Assembly: GCA_020348925.1 (NCBI GenBank)
Contig: CP070758.1
Span: 496,001-560,000 of the forward strand
DNA: 64,000 bases
Direction of reading: 5' to 3'
Source of the DNA: Gemmatimonadota bacterium
GTDB taxonomy: Bacteria > JBHIER01 > G020348925
A program made the position numbers and the translations under genes. Below are positions 30,088 to 40,289 of the stretch, one piece after another. The stretch's first letter is position 1, and the number at the start of each line of letters is the position of its first letter. The notes under the pieces were generated by a model. It searched no databases. It was not told the origin of the DNA and saw nothing but the letters and a program-made list of their open reading frames with translations.

Positions 30088-30259
30088 NNNNNNNNNNNNN
30101 NNNNNNNNNNNNNNNNNNNNNNNNNNNNNNNNNNNNNNNNNNNNNNNNNNNNNNNNNNNNNNNNNNNNNNNNNNNNNNNNNNNNNNNCACTTTATACTTA
30201 TGATAATATAGACTTATGATAATATAGAAACAAATTTTTTTATTAGAAAATATATTTTC

Positions 30260-30484
30260 CTAAAAACCAATCGCTGATTTCATTCCAACTAACAGCACAA
30301 CAGCCATGAGAGCGACTATGACGAACATGTAGGTTGCAAAGATGTAGGACTTTTGTTTTACTTTATGTAATACCTCGCCCACGGTAGGAACGAATATCAG
30401 CCCGAGTCCGAAGACAAATGCCGCCCCCAATGCTATTGCCAGTGCCACGCTCCCGACCAATTTAATCACTGCAAATACTTCCAT
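30260..30484 (-). CDS. Small two-TM membrane protein downstream of a c-di-GMP riboswitch
   Basis: AAGGAG RBS before MEVFAVIK; two hydrophobic segments. Confidence 0.75.
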   Translation of the reverse strand: MEVFAVIKLVGSVALAIALGAAFVFGLGLIFVPTVGEVLHKVKQKSYIFATYMFVIVALMAVVLLVGMKSAIGF

Positions 30485-30520
30485 TGTAGCTTCTCCTTTT
30501 TTCTTCAGTCGTCTGTAAGC

Positions 30521-30550
30521 AAAAAAAATCTGCCCCACATGTGGAGCAGA
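30521..30550 (-). terminator. Intrinsic terminator (riboswitch expression platform)
   Basis: Minus strand TCTGCTCCAC-AT-GTGGGGCAGA followed by T8, between aptamer and ORF. Confidence 0.8.
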
Positions 30551-30577
30551 CTCTCTTTCAAAAGATTATGCTTATCA

Positions 30578-30660
30578 CGGTTTCGGTAACCCGGCTTGCT
30601 AACAAATGAGCCCCGTGGCTTCCCGTCCCACCTTCACAAGTGGTTTGGCTTTTCGGTCCG
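30578..30660 (-). promoter_or_regulatory. Cyclic di-GMP-I (GEMM) riboswitch
   Basis: Minus strand CGAAAAGCCAAACCACTT-GTGA-AGGTGGGACGGGAAGCCACGG...AGCCGGGTTACCG; TATAAC just upstream; terminator downstream. Confidence 0.85.
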
Positions 30661-31471
30661 TCTATGTTATACTATCGATACTATCGGCCTACACTTTCAA
30701 CTTCCTCCAAATTTATGAAATTTCAAATACTGAATAAATGTTTTTATCTTCCTTCGCTGTTCAACTCCTGGCACTTCTATTGTGAACTTCCCTTACGCCA
30801 TTCTTGTGTTTCTTCGTATCCTTTATGCTTAGCATAAAAATTCTATTGTTAGTAGCGCAAAACCAATGCCAACCTCATATATTAAATCCAGAAATAATCG
30901 GATTCATTTTAAGTCATTATAATTTAAATATATTATAAGAATTGAAAGTAAAATAGTGATAGAACCGAAATCGTCGTTGAGCGGCCAAATCACCCAAATC
31001 TTGCATTTTGCATGGTAAAATTGCACACGCCTGTGCAACTATATGAGCTTGTTAGCGGGCATACCATTCATGTGAAGTTGAAAATCGGCCATATTCAGGG
31101 CAACGAAGAGGATTGAGGAGGAACTACGAAGCAGAGGAGTGGAGGAGCAGAGGTGAAGGAGAGAAATAATGAAAAGATCAAAAATAGGAGTATAAGGAGA
31201 GACGATGAACAGAGGGGCAAGGGGGGCAGGGGAGAATTGGTGCGGAAGAGTCGTGTGCCTTGCAGGCAACCTTATGACGCCTTTCCTGACGAAAGTACCA
31301 GAGATTGTGCTTCACGGCAGCGTAGGTCTCGCATGCCTAAGCGTGCGAGTATCACTGCCGCCACCACCTTCTTCGACGCCGTTTCGAGGAGCAATCCGAT
31401 CCCCGAGCCGAATCTGCGACACTCTGAAGAGCAAACTGCCGTTGATTTCGATATCAGACTGCCTCTTGATC

Positions 31472-33076
31472 TCACTCCTCCAATATCTCACGCACAATAG
31501 AAAGAACATCCACAATATTCAATTCTCCATCCCCATTCATATCAGCTCTTTCACGTTCTTCGGCGGTCGGGATATTGATTTGAAGTATGAAATTTATTAA
31601 GACGACTACGTCAATGATATCGATGGTACCATCACCATTGACATCACCCTGTATCATGATCCACGCATTGCGATAGACCTTTGTCGAGTCGAGATAGGCA
31701 AATCCGTATTCCAGCGACGGTTCGATCTCTGTGCCTTCATGCCATTCGTTCCAACTGGTGATGAGGATCCAGTGAGGTGCGTTGGCCGTCGCGATGCTCC
31801 ATCGCGATGCATAGAAGGCGCCGTCCTCTCTCGGCACATGGATGCCTGGGTCTCTGATGATTCGATCGTCGTACCCGGGCACGACCGTGGCGGCGAAGAT
31901 TCTGCTGGAGTAATAAGCCTGAATGGAAGCTGTCCAGTACATGCGATCCGTCTCCTCTTCGGACAGGGTTACCGGATTGTACGTGTGACAGCCGTCGAAT
32001 ACGGTGAGGGCCTCCGGGGTAAACGTGTCGGCGATGAAGAGGGCGTCCGAAGTCACCTGATTCAGAACGTTTTTCCAGGCCTCAAGGGGTAGAAGGCTCA
32101 GGGGATAACCGTAGATGAAGATAACGGGCAGGTCATTCTGTTTGAGAAAAGCCGGGTGATGTCCGTACGTATCAAGAAGATAATTGAGCTCGGCGGCAAA
32201 GATATCAATCCTGTCCTCCTCGGATGCGTTTTGGGCTGCCCAGGACGCCTCCAGGTAGACGGTGATCTCGATCCCACAGTCGAGAGCCGTTTCGAGGATT
32301 GGGTTGAGGGCGTTATCCTCGAAGCTGTCGATGCCCCACCAGGAAGAGATGAAAACGTCGACGCCAAAGTCGGCCGCCCACTGCATATGTTGCTGCACGA
32401 CGGTATCGCTCAGAGAGTCATAGTATCCCAGAAGAGGTGTATCAGTACTGGCATAATGATTGTATGGGTCCCAGTGGAACCAGGAGCCGGTTGGTCCCCT
32501 CGGATTGCCGTACCAGGGGTAGTAAAAAGCCATCACTTTTTTCGGAATGAAAAGGGACGTCCCCTCCAAAGGTGCGGGACCGTTTTCCATTAGAAGTTCG
32601 GCCGGGACGGTGAAGGTGCGGCTGTTGGTGGGATCGCCAGGTATGCTGCCAGGATTGGTGAAGGTAGAGACGGGTTCCGGAGGTTCACTGTTTGCATTCA
32701 TGATTATGAAGTTTACGATACCCCAATCCCCCTTCTGGCTCCGGATTATGAAACCTTCGTCTGGAATTGATCCTGAAAAGAGAAGGTACTCGACAATTAC
32801 GAGGGCCGTATCCTCTCTGAAAATGCCGTGGCAGTTGACGGTGGCCGAGCCCGACCGGTCCTCGATGATGTTAAGGTCGAGGCACATGGTCTCATTGCTG
32901 TTCGTAATCTCCAAACTTGCCCAATCGGAGGTGCTGGAGAAGAGGATTTTCGTCTCATAGCCCAAAGGCTGCCCACTGCTTGTCGGACAGAGGGGAAGGG
33001 AGGAAAAAAGAAGGGCAAGACACGTTCCAATCATAAAAGGCACAAGTGAGTACCGTAATCTTCGAGTTCGGAACAT
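31472..33076 (-). CDS. Secreted GH99-like (endo-alpha-mannosidase-like) glycoside hydrolase with dockerin
   Basis: AFYYPWYG, PLLGYYDS, SWWG, TVVPGYDD, ITSWNEWHEGTEIEP; GDVNGDGTIDIIDV...ADMNGDGELNIVDV; ATG 1 nt after the upstream stop. Confidence 0.85.
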   Translation of the reverse strand: MFRTRRLRYSLVPFMIGTCLALLFSSLPLCPTSSGQPLGYETKILFSSTSDWASLEITNSNETMCLDLNIIEDRSGSATVNCHGIFREDTALVIVEYLLFSGSIPDEGFIIRSQKGDWGIVNFIIMNANSEPPEPVSTFTNPGSIPGDPTNSRTFTVPAELLMENGPAPLEGTSLFIPKKVMAFYYPWYGNPRGPTGSWFHWDPYNHYASTDTPLLGYYDSLSDTVVQQHMQWAADFGVDVFISSWWGIDSFEDNALNPILETALDCGIEITVYLEASWAAQNASEEDRIDIFAAELNYLLDTYGHHPAFLKQNDLPVIFIYGYPLSLLPLEAWKNVLNQVTSDALFIADTFTPEALTVFDGCHTYNPVTLSEEETDRMYWTASIQAYYSSRIFAATVVPGYDDRIIRDPGIHVPREDGAFYASRWSIATANAPHWILITSWNEWHEGTEIEPSLEYGFAYLDSTKVYRNAWIMIQGDVNGDGTIDIIDVVVLINFILQINIPTAEERERADMNGDGELNIVDVLSIVREILEE

Positions 33077-33077
33077 A

Positions 33078-35378
33078 TCAGGGGCCTCCAAGAATTGCGT
33101 TGACGATACGCACGATGTCCATGATGTTGATCTCGCCGTCGTCATTCATGTCCGCGGCCCACAATTCATCCTCAGTGGGTTCGTCCGCCAATACAAGGAT
33201 GATGTTGACCGCCGTAACGACATCCAGAATATTGATGGATCCATCCCGGTTGACGTCACCTTTGGTCGGTTCTACGTATTCGTAGACATCGATAAGAAGT
33301 ACGCTGTGCATGTTGAGATCAATGCTTGCGGTGATTAACGATGGATCGGGCTGGTCGAATGGTTGGGGGGTCCAATTTCCGAGGAAATCAAGTTTTTGGC
33401 AGGAGGTGATTTCCTCCGCTTGGGGGAGGGTTACCGTGAGAGTCACCGATACGGGTGTCGGCACGGCATCGTTTTCGCCCACACCTGAATAATTCACAAG
33501 TCTCACCTGTAGGTCGTTTCCTTTTTGAAAGGGGAAAGCGACCACTCCGTGGGATGCAGTGACCGCGATGAGAGGATCGTAACTGAGATGGTTCCACACC
33601 TGACTCACGAATTGCTGCCGAATGTATTCGGCTGTGGCAGGGTCGCCGCCCGTCCAATATGGAGCGGCGGCCCAGTAGTACTCCCGTTCCAATAGGGTGA
33701 GGAGATAGACACACTGTCCCGATCCATAGGTGTTGAGGTAGACCATTCCCTCTACAGCGTCGGTGTAACTGACGTCGAAAACATCTGCGAGCTGAAAATC
33801 GGCCCTCTCCTGTCCCCATTCATTGAAGAGTGATGTTTCACCGGTGGCAAGAAGAAGACCCCCGTTTGATACAAAGTTCCGGAGGGTCACCACTTGATCT
33901 GAACTCATGCAGCCGAGCAGAGGAGCGATCACGACCTTGAATTCACTGAGATGGTGAAGATCGGAATCGGAAATCACGCGATAGGGGATGTTCGATTCCA
34001 AAAGCATCATGGCCATGCCCGGCCAGGCGTCGTGGTAGGCGTAGTCACCCTCCCAGGATCCTCGATCAAGATAGTCCATGGTTCGGCGGGAGAAGATGAG
34101 GGCCACGTCGGCGTAAGGCTCCCAATCTGTGTTGTAGTAAATTCCGCCGTACGTATTGAGCCATTGAAAGAACTGGCGGCGGAAGCCCACGTCCGGCGTA
34201 CTGACCATACCCTCTTCACCGGAAGTGTAGTAGTGGAATCCTGCCGTGATGACGGATGCGGCGTGGAGGCGGGCCACATCGGTGGTATTGGTTTGATCTT
34301 TCTCAACGTAGGAGAGGAGCCAGGGAGGATTGTCTTTGTCCAGATCGCTCCAAAACTTCAGGGTGGCCTGCATAGCCGGCCAGATATGGTATTTCCATGC
34401 TCTTCCAGGACCTCCGAATTCATGAGCCGTGGCGTCGCACACGTTGGGCAGGTCCAGCGGACTGCTTCCGGTCTGCGTCATGCTCACCGACGGTCCCACG
34501 GACGTCTCAATGATGAGCATGCAGTCGGGATCGACAGCTTTCAGTGCTGAATCAAAGTCGGCAATGAAGCGGTTCGCCTGCGTGTATCGCCAGGCGATGA
34601 AATTTCGCCAGTTGGGATCGTTCCAGTTTGGGGTGATTGGCGGTTCGGACAGCGAGTATCCGGTCTCATTGTGAAACCGGGCCCGGCTGTAAGGATCCAC
34701 CGTGGCCCATTGGTCCTGCCAGCCATCGCCGAATTCGGTGCGGAGAAAGGGGACATCGAACCAGACACCGTCCACACCGGTGGCTCCAATCCGGCCTGCG
34801 AGGGTCATGATGAGATCGTGGTATTCGGGATGATCAGGATTGAGCCAGACGTCCTCCTCAGTCTCGCCGACCCAGAAGGGCATGCCCGGCATGGATCCGT
34901 AGAAGACGGCCGGGCGGCCGTCGATGCCCATCTGGAGCCAGTCGGGGTGATCCGTGTAGGCGCTCAACTGGCCGTCGTCATCCTGGCCATCCATGTTCGT
35001 GTCGGAACCGTAGGTGCCCATCTCGAGAGGGGCAATATAGACAATCAGGGAGACGCCGGGGAAAGTGCTGTGAACATAATCCACGCCGGATTGCAAGGCG
35101 ACCAATCCGGCATCGGGTTCAAGAATGCGGCCCCGGTACGAGTCGCTGAAGTTGGCCCAGCACAGGATGACGTTGGCTCCATCGTCCACGGCTCTGGAGA
35201 CACCGTCCTGCCAGCTTACGGCGTTTGGATCGTCCCAGGCCGTGGCGATGCGGGCCGTTCGAAGCCAGTCGGAGGATTGAGCCCGTGAACCAGCCAGGAT
35301 GAAGGGTACGAGAAAACAAACGGCACAGAGAATTCTTATTGAAGAGCATATCATGCATTTGAGATGCGATGTCGGCAT
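33078..35378 (-). CDS. Secreted putative glycoside hydrolase (TIM barrel plus beta-galactosidase trimerisation-like domain) with dockerin
   Basis: HPDWLQ, GVDGVWFDVP, LRNFVSNGGLLLATGETSLFNEWG; GDVNRDGSINILDV...WAADMNDDGEINIMDI. Confidence 0.75.
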   Translation of the reverse strand: MPTSHLKCMICSSIRILCAVCFLVPFILAGSRAQSSDWLRTARIATAWDDPNAVSWQDGVSRAVDDGANVILCWANFSDSYRGRILEPDAGLVALQSGVDYVHSTFPGVSLIVYIAPLEMGTYGSDTNMDGQDDDGQLSAYTDHPDWLQMGIDGRPAVFYGSMPGMPFWVGETEEDVWLNPDHPEYHDLIMTLAGRIGATGVDGVWFDVPFLRTEFGDGWQDQWATVDPYSRARFHNETGYSLSEPPITPNWNDPNWRNFIAWRYTQANRFIADFDSALKAVDPDCMLIIETSVGPSVSMTQTGSSPLDLPNVCDATAHEFGGPGRAWKYHIWPAMQATLKFWSDLDKDNPPWLLSYVEKDQTNTTDVARLHAASVITAGFHYYTSGEEGMVSTPDVGFRRQFFQWLNTYGGIYYNTDWEPYADVALIFSRRTMDYLDRGSWEGDYAYHDAWPGMAMMLLESNIPYRVISDSDLHHLSEFKVVIAPLLGCMSSDQVVTLRNFVSNGGLLLATGETSLFNEWGQERADFQLADVFDVSYTDAVEGMVYLNTYGSGQCVYLLTLLEREYYWAAAPYWTGGDPATAEYIRQQFVSQVWNHLSYDPLIAVTASHGVVAFPFQKGNDLQVRLVNYSGVGENDAVPTPVSVTLTVTLPQAEEITSCQKLDFLGNWTPQPFDQPDPSLITASIDLNMHSVLLIDVYEYVEPTKGDVNRDGSINILDVVTAVNIILVLADEPTEDELWAADMNDDGEINIMDIVRIVNAILGGP

Positions 35379-35699
35379 GATTTCTTCCCTTTTGATGTGG
35401 CACTGATGGATTGTCGGGCTTCCGAAGTCTTTGGGAATTCGGAAGTCTCCTGAATCGGCTGCAAAGCTTTGAGAAGTATACTATACTTTCGTGGGATGCA
35501 TGTCAAGCTTCTTTTAACGGTGCTGAAAAATATTGAAATGATTAATCATTTCACTCCAGATTGTTGCATTGAATGTGAAAGGGACAGGTGAGGAGTGCAA
35601 CGATTTATCGTTGCAGAGAAGTATTGGAAACCATTTGCCAGGCAAATGCATTTTTATGGTATTTTTTTCAATCTGTCGAGAGGTGATCAGGTGAAAGGC

Positions 35700-36515
35700 T
35701 TAGGGATATGCATTCGGGTGGAAAAGAATTTTTCCGTCCTTCTTGAAATCACCGATGATCTTTTGACCCTCAGGCGAGGTCACCCATCCTATGAACGCCA
35801 TGGCGTGAAAGTAGTTGACGTGGGGGTGTCGGTGTGGGTTGACGGCGATGATGCCGTAAGGATTGAAAAGTCTTTCGTCTCCCTCACACAGAATGACGAG
35901 GTCGAGCTTCTTTTCAAAAGCGATGAAGGTTCCTCGATCGACAAGGCAATAGGTGTTCTTTTCGTTGGCCATCTGGAGGGTTGTTCCCTTCCCCTGTCCT
36001 GTCTCGACGTACCATTTTCCGTGAGGGATGATTTCCGCTACTTCCCATAAATTTTTCTCTTTTGCGTGGGTTCCGGACTCGTCACCCCGGGAGTAGAAAG
36101 GCTGCTGCGACGTAGCGATTCTTTTGAGAGCATCGGCACCACGTGTGCCCTTTATTCCGGCAGGGTCGTTTTCGGGACCGACCATAACAAAATCGTTGTA
36201 CATGACGTCCCGTCGGTTCACACCATATCCGATTTCGATAAATCTGTCCTCTGCCTCACGGGCATGGACGAGGACGAGATCGACGTCACCGTTTTCTCCC
36301 AACTTCAAAGCTTTACCGGTACCGACGGCTATCACATCGACGGTGACCTGAAATCGGTCTTCGAAGGGCGGTACTAAAACCTGGAGAAGGCCCGAATTGT
36401 CGGTGGATGTCGTCGTGGCCATTTTGATCCGTTCAGTCGATGCTGCTGAGGAAGTTAGAAATATCACGACAGCCAGAATGGCAAAACAGTTTTTAATGAA
36501 TCGACGTCGTCTCAT
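35700..36515 (-). CDS. tupA: Tungstate ABC transporter substrate-binding protein (TupA-like)
   Basis: ATTTSTDNSGLL, AVGTGKAL, VMYNDF, SRGDESGTH, DRGT, NPYGIIAVNP. Confidence 0.9.
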   Translation of the reverse strand: MRRRRFIKNCFAILAVVIFLTSSAASTERIKMATTTSTDNSGLLQVLVPPFEDRFQVTVDVIAVGTGKALKLGENGDVDLVLVHAREAEDRFIEIGYGVNRRDVMYNDFVMVGPENDPAGIKGTRGADALKRIATSQQPFYSRGDESGTHAKEKNLWEVAEIIPHGKWYVETGQGKGTTLQMANEKNTYCLVDRGTFIAFEKKLDLVILCEGDERLFNPYGIIAVNPHRHPHVNYFHAMAFIGWVTSPEGQKIIGDFKKDGKILFHPNAYP

Positions 36516-36577
36516 GGAGTGGTTCCTTTGAAATAAAAAATTTTTCTTATCGATACCAGGAATTCTGGGAAGCCTTT

Positions 36578-39136
36578 TCACTCAGGACTGGAAAGAATCA
36601 CCATGATTGTAAGCACCAAATCCACCACGTCCACCGAGTCGTCTCCGTTGAAATCTGCTGCCCAGCGATCAGAAGGGTGCGGGTCGAGGAGGCCTATGAT
36701 TATATTCACTCCGAGGACGACATCCATAACGTTGACAGTCCCATCATTGTTGATATCCCCCTTCAGATCTTCGGCAACAGAGATTTGGACGTCGTCGATG
36801 TACCAGCCTTCAGCACTGGCGGTCGTATCGGAGCCGGCTCTGAAACGGAACCGAACCGGGCCGTAATAGTCTGTGAGATCAAACTCCGCTTCCGACCAGC
36901 CCTGAGATCCTGAGTAGATGGGCGTATTGCCAGGAAACGGGTTTCCGGAGTATCCGTCCGTCAGAAAATATGGATACCCGCCCTTGGGGGTGATGAGCGT
37001 CCAGCCGTCCCCGTCATTGATTTCGACAAGAGCACCATCATAGGGCACCTCCATATCGATCCAGTGCCAGAAGGTCAGGGTCGTGTTAAAGCTAAGATCG
37101 ATGATCGGCGATACGAGCCCGGCATCAAGCGTATTGGCATAATGCTCACTTTCAGGACCGCCACATTTCCAGCTCGTCGTGCCTCCGAGGGTGTGATTTC
37201 TGTATGTGCTTTGATGCCACTGGTCATGATAGCCTGGAGTGATTGCCCCGGGCAACCACGCACCAGATCCCGATTCCATGTCATCGGCGAAGACTCGATC
37301 CAAACCTATGGTCATGGTGAATGATACTGTGAGAGGGTCACAGCCCTGACAGGCGACAGTCAAGAGGAAGAAAACCTCCCGATTTATGGGACAATCGGAT
37401 TCTACGCTCAAACGATAGGGAGTTTGTGAACTCTTTGTCTCAACAGTATCAATTGCACCGAAGGACGCTGTTGCGTTGATGATGGTAACGTAGAGATCAG
37501 GTGAACTCAAGGTTCCCGTGATGTTTTCGCTTCCGGCTGAGCCGACATTCTGGAGGTCGATAGTAACATCAACGGTTTCACCGGGATCGGGAAATGCATC
37601 CCCATCACCTCCGGTGTCGTCAACATGGAGATCGGCGACAGCAAATGCGGGGACTCCGGTGCACGCAATGTCAAAGGTCATCACCGAGCCGGAGTTGCCA
37701 ATGTTGGTGATTTGTATTCCACTTGATTCGTTGTAGCCGGCGGTGTTCGGTGTCGTCGTTGAGGTGAACTCCGTCTGTCCGTCTTCGGCTGAAAAACATG
37801 CCCCGATTTTGAACTCCCACGGATACCACCACTCGCTGAATTCGCCCACAGCATCCCACGGCTTGGCCGGATCGTAACCGGCATCTTCGACTACAACCCT
37901 GTAATGAGGGCGGTTTCCGCTGTTGGAAGGAATGTCTTCATCGACATGGGTGATCAACAGTCCGGCATCGAGTGGATTCGGTCCTGGAGTGAACCATTCA
38001 AACCAGGCCGAAAAATCCGAATCGTAATGATCGAAAAGAGCCGATGAGGCCGAGTTGCGATTTTCGATCAGAAAGTACTCCGTGAGTGAACTGTTGATGG
38101 GGATTTTATAGAGTGCGTTGACGAGTGTCGTTTCGATTTCGTTGATTTGAACGTTGTTGTGCGAGGAGTCAAGCACCGTCGGGGTGATCCAGCCGAGAAA
38201 GTTTTTCATATAACCACACAGATGAGTGGGAGTGATGTCCGCACCGTAGGATGATACGGAATATCCGTAGTATCCCATGAGACACCAGTCCATTAAAGGA
38301 TGATCGTTTTCGTCATTGGGGGTATTGTATGTGTCCGTATTCATTTTCCCATCGTAGTCGTACAGATCTGGGCAGCCGAGTAAATGGGAATATTCGTGGG
38401 CAAAGACTCGAATGCCCTGCATTTCTCCCGCAGTGCCTTCTCCTCTCAGCTCGGGGTTCATCGAGTAGAGGGTAATGGTGACCCCGTCGTATACTCTCCG
38501 TTCTCGCAGGGCCCACTGGTGAGACCAGATATCGTTCAGACTGCCTGTTGATTCCGCTCCAGGCCCCTGATGGACGATGATGAGTCCGTCCACGTAGCCG
38601 TCAGAATCGTTATCGTACTGGGAGAAATCCACACCGCCAGCTTCGGCGGCATCCACCGCTTCCTCGACAAGCGCCTGGGCATTGTAGGGGTACGTCCCCA
38701 TACCATAGTTCCCGCCGCCGGTATAATGGGCATAATTGTTGGCGGCGGTGTACCATCCCCCCACTTCACCGGTCAGACCGAAAGTGCCATAGGAGACCTC
38801 TGCGAAATAGTCATTCAGGCTTCCCGTCGGATAACTCCCGGTGGTGAACAGCATATTGTGAAAACTTTCACGGGAATGAGTGCCGGAGACATCCGGTGTT
38901 TGAATAAGGATGACCAGAGCTTTATCCGGACTGCCGGTCCTTTCGAGATTGAGAGCCGCCGGTTCATCAACACCTTCGGGGAAGACGGGGTAGGGGTCGC
39001 CGGTCGTCACCGAGCGGCCGCTCTTCGCATCGTACAAGCCGGGCCGAGGCGGGACATGCCCCCAGGAAAGTGTCGGTAAGACCAGTATAATGATGAAGAG
39101 GATTACCTTCAACGAGGTATTTTTTCCACTGTTCAT
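36578..39136 (-). CDS. Secreted M6 (immune inhibitor A-like) metalloprotease with dockerin
   Basis: SLNDYFAEVSYG, DFSQYDNDSDG, IWSH, FAHEYSHLLGCPDLYD zinc motif, EYFLIENR; C-terminal dockerin. Confidence 0.9.
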   Translation of the reverse strand: MNSGKNTSLKVILFIIILVLPTLSWGHVPPRPGLYDAKSGRSVTTGDPYPVFPEGVDEPAALNLERTGSPDKALVILIQTPDVSGTHSRESFHNMLFTTGSYPTGSLNDYFAEVSYGTFGLTGEVGGWYTAANNYAHYTGGGNYGMGTYPYNAQALVEEAVDAAEAGGVDFSQYDNDSDGYVDGLIIVHQGPGAESTGSLNDIWSHQWALRERRVYDGVTITLYSMNPELRGEGTAGEMQGIRVFAHEYSHLLGCPDLYDYDGKMNTDTYNTPNDENDHPLMDWCLMGYYGYSVSSYGADITPTHLCGYMKNFLGWITPTVLDSSHNNVQINEIETTLVNALYKIPINSSLTEYFLIENRNSASSALFDHYDSDFSAWFEWFTPGPNPLDAGLLITHVDEDIPSNSGNRPHYRVVVEDAGYDPAKPWDAVGEFSEWWYPWEFKIGACFSAEDGQTEFTSTTTPNTAGYNESSGIQITNIGNSGSVMTFDIACTGVPAFAVADLHVDDTGGDGDAFPDPGETVDVTIDLQNVGSAGSENITGTLSSPDLYVTIINATASFGAIDTVETKSSQTPYRLSVESDCPINREVFFLLTVACQGCDPLTVSFTMTIGLDRVFADDMESGSGAWLPGAITPGYHDQWHQSTYRNHTLGGTTSWKCGGPESEHYANTLDAGLVSPIIDLSFNTTLTFWHWIDMEVPYDGALVEINDGDGWTLITPKGGYPYFLTDGYSGNPFPGNTPIYSGSQGWSEAEFDLTDYYGPVRFRFRAGSDTTASAEGWYIDDVQISVAEDLKGDINNDGTVNVMDVVLGVNIIIGLLDPHPSDRWAADFNGDDSVDVVDLVLTIMVILSSPE

Positions 39137-39343
39137 GAACGAGCACCTCCACCTGAATTATGGTTTCGAATGATTCTCATGGACTGTTTTTCGATTCCCA
39201 CATACTCAGTCTCCTCTGGTTTGGGAAAAGAGACTCTCAAGTCTAATACGAAATGCGGATCTTGTCAACTCATTTTTCAGGTGTTTGCTCAAAAGGTGTT
39301 GAAAGAGTAAAACCTTTGAACGAGAACGCATCATTCTGTCACA

Positions 39344-40258
39344 TTAGAAAGTGGTCTGAAACTGGGCTTTTAGGGCGTCGCTATGATCTCCATCGTCCCT
39401 TAAGAGGTAATTGATTTGAACTTTCGAATTGTTGTGAATAAACACGTTCAATCCCAGTATAATGATAGCGGAAGTATCGTCTGAAACATCTCTGTCGGGA
39501 TCGTACGTGTCGTATCGCACCAATCCTTGGAAGTCGGTGAAACATGAATAGGCCGCTTGAACGAACCAGCCGTCCCTCTGATCAGAGCCATCTTCAGCAT
39601 ATATATACTCGCCACCCAAGGAGAGCAAACCAAGATGTGTCGCCATATAAATTCCTGTCCGGTTCTTCTTCTGGCGTTCTTCACCGGACTTCCCTCTATA
39701 GTGAGAGAACCCCATTTCCGCTTCATTGAAGGGTTTCGCCACTATCATTCCAACGACATCTTTCCAGTCATTTTCATCGGAAGTGTTCTTCCCAGACCCG
39801 TTAAAGACCCCGAGGCTGTACGAAAGTATTTTGAAGCTTCCGCTCACTTGCAACCCAATATCATACTTCGTTGATAAATTCGAGACCACTTGTGCTCGGT
39901 CAATCATGCTCAATTTTGCACTCGACGTAAGATATTCGTTGCTGAAAGGGGTTTTGAATTGGCCAAGACGAAGAGTAATCCATGGCTTGTAGTTGATGTC
40001 TATATGGGCTTTCCATAGAATGGGAGTAGAAACCGCATCGAAGAGAATTAAAAAGCTCATGTTCTTGAGAAGATCTCCAGAACATTTTAATCTCGCCCGT
40101 CTGACCTGAAATTCATCAATGGAATTCTCGTCAGAGGTGTATCGTACCTGGACATAGCCGCCTGTTTTCATCTCTGTTCCGGTCGTTTGTGCGAAAAGGG
40201 ATAAACTGTTCATTACATGCAGTACTGCGATGAATGTGAACGGAGCGGTTCTTTTCAT
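39344..40258 (-). CDS. Outer-membrane porin (OprO/OprP-like)
   Basis: Signal peptide, GYVQVRY, RRARL, GQFKTPFS, GVFNGSG, C-terminal Phe. Confidence 0.82.
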   Translation of the reverse strand: MKRTAPFTFIAVLHVMNSLSLFAQTTGTEMKTGGYVQVRYTSDENSIDEFQVRRARLKCSGDLLKNMSFLILFDAVSTPILWKAHIDINYKPWITLRLGQFKTPFSNEYLTSSAKLSMIDRAQVVSNLSTKYDIGLQVSGSFKILSYSLGVFNGSGKNTSDENDWKDVVGMIVAKPFNEAEMGFSHYRGKSGEERQKKNRTGIYMATHLGLLSLGGEYIYAEDGSDQRDGWFVQAAYSCFTDFQGLVRYDTYDPDRDVSDDTSAIIILGLNVFIHNNSKVQINYLLRDDGDHSDALKAQFQTTF

Positions 40259-40289
40259 CTTCTTTTTTCTCCTTATTTGTTTACATCTG

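Noticed and set aside
30196-30227. Perfect 16-bp tandem duplication ACTTATGATAATATAG
   Set aside because: AT-rich and at a contig edge; may be an assembly artefact, no supportable function.
31039-31470. Short overlapping ORFs and GA-rich runs
   Set aside because: No RBS or motif support; low-complexity intergenic sequence.
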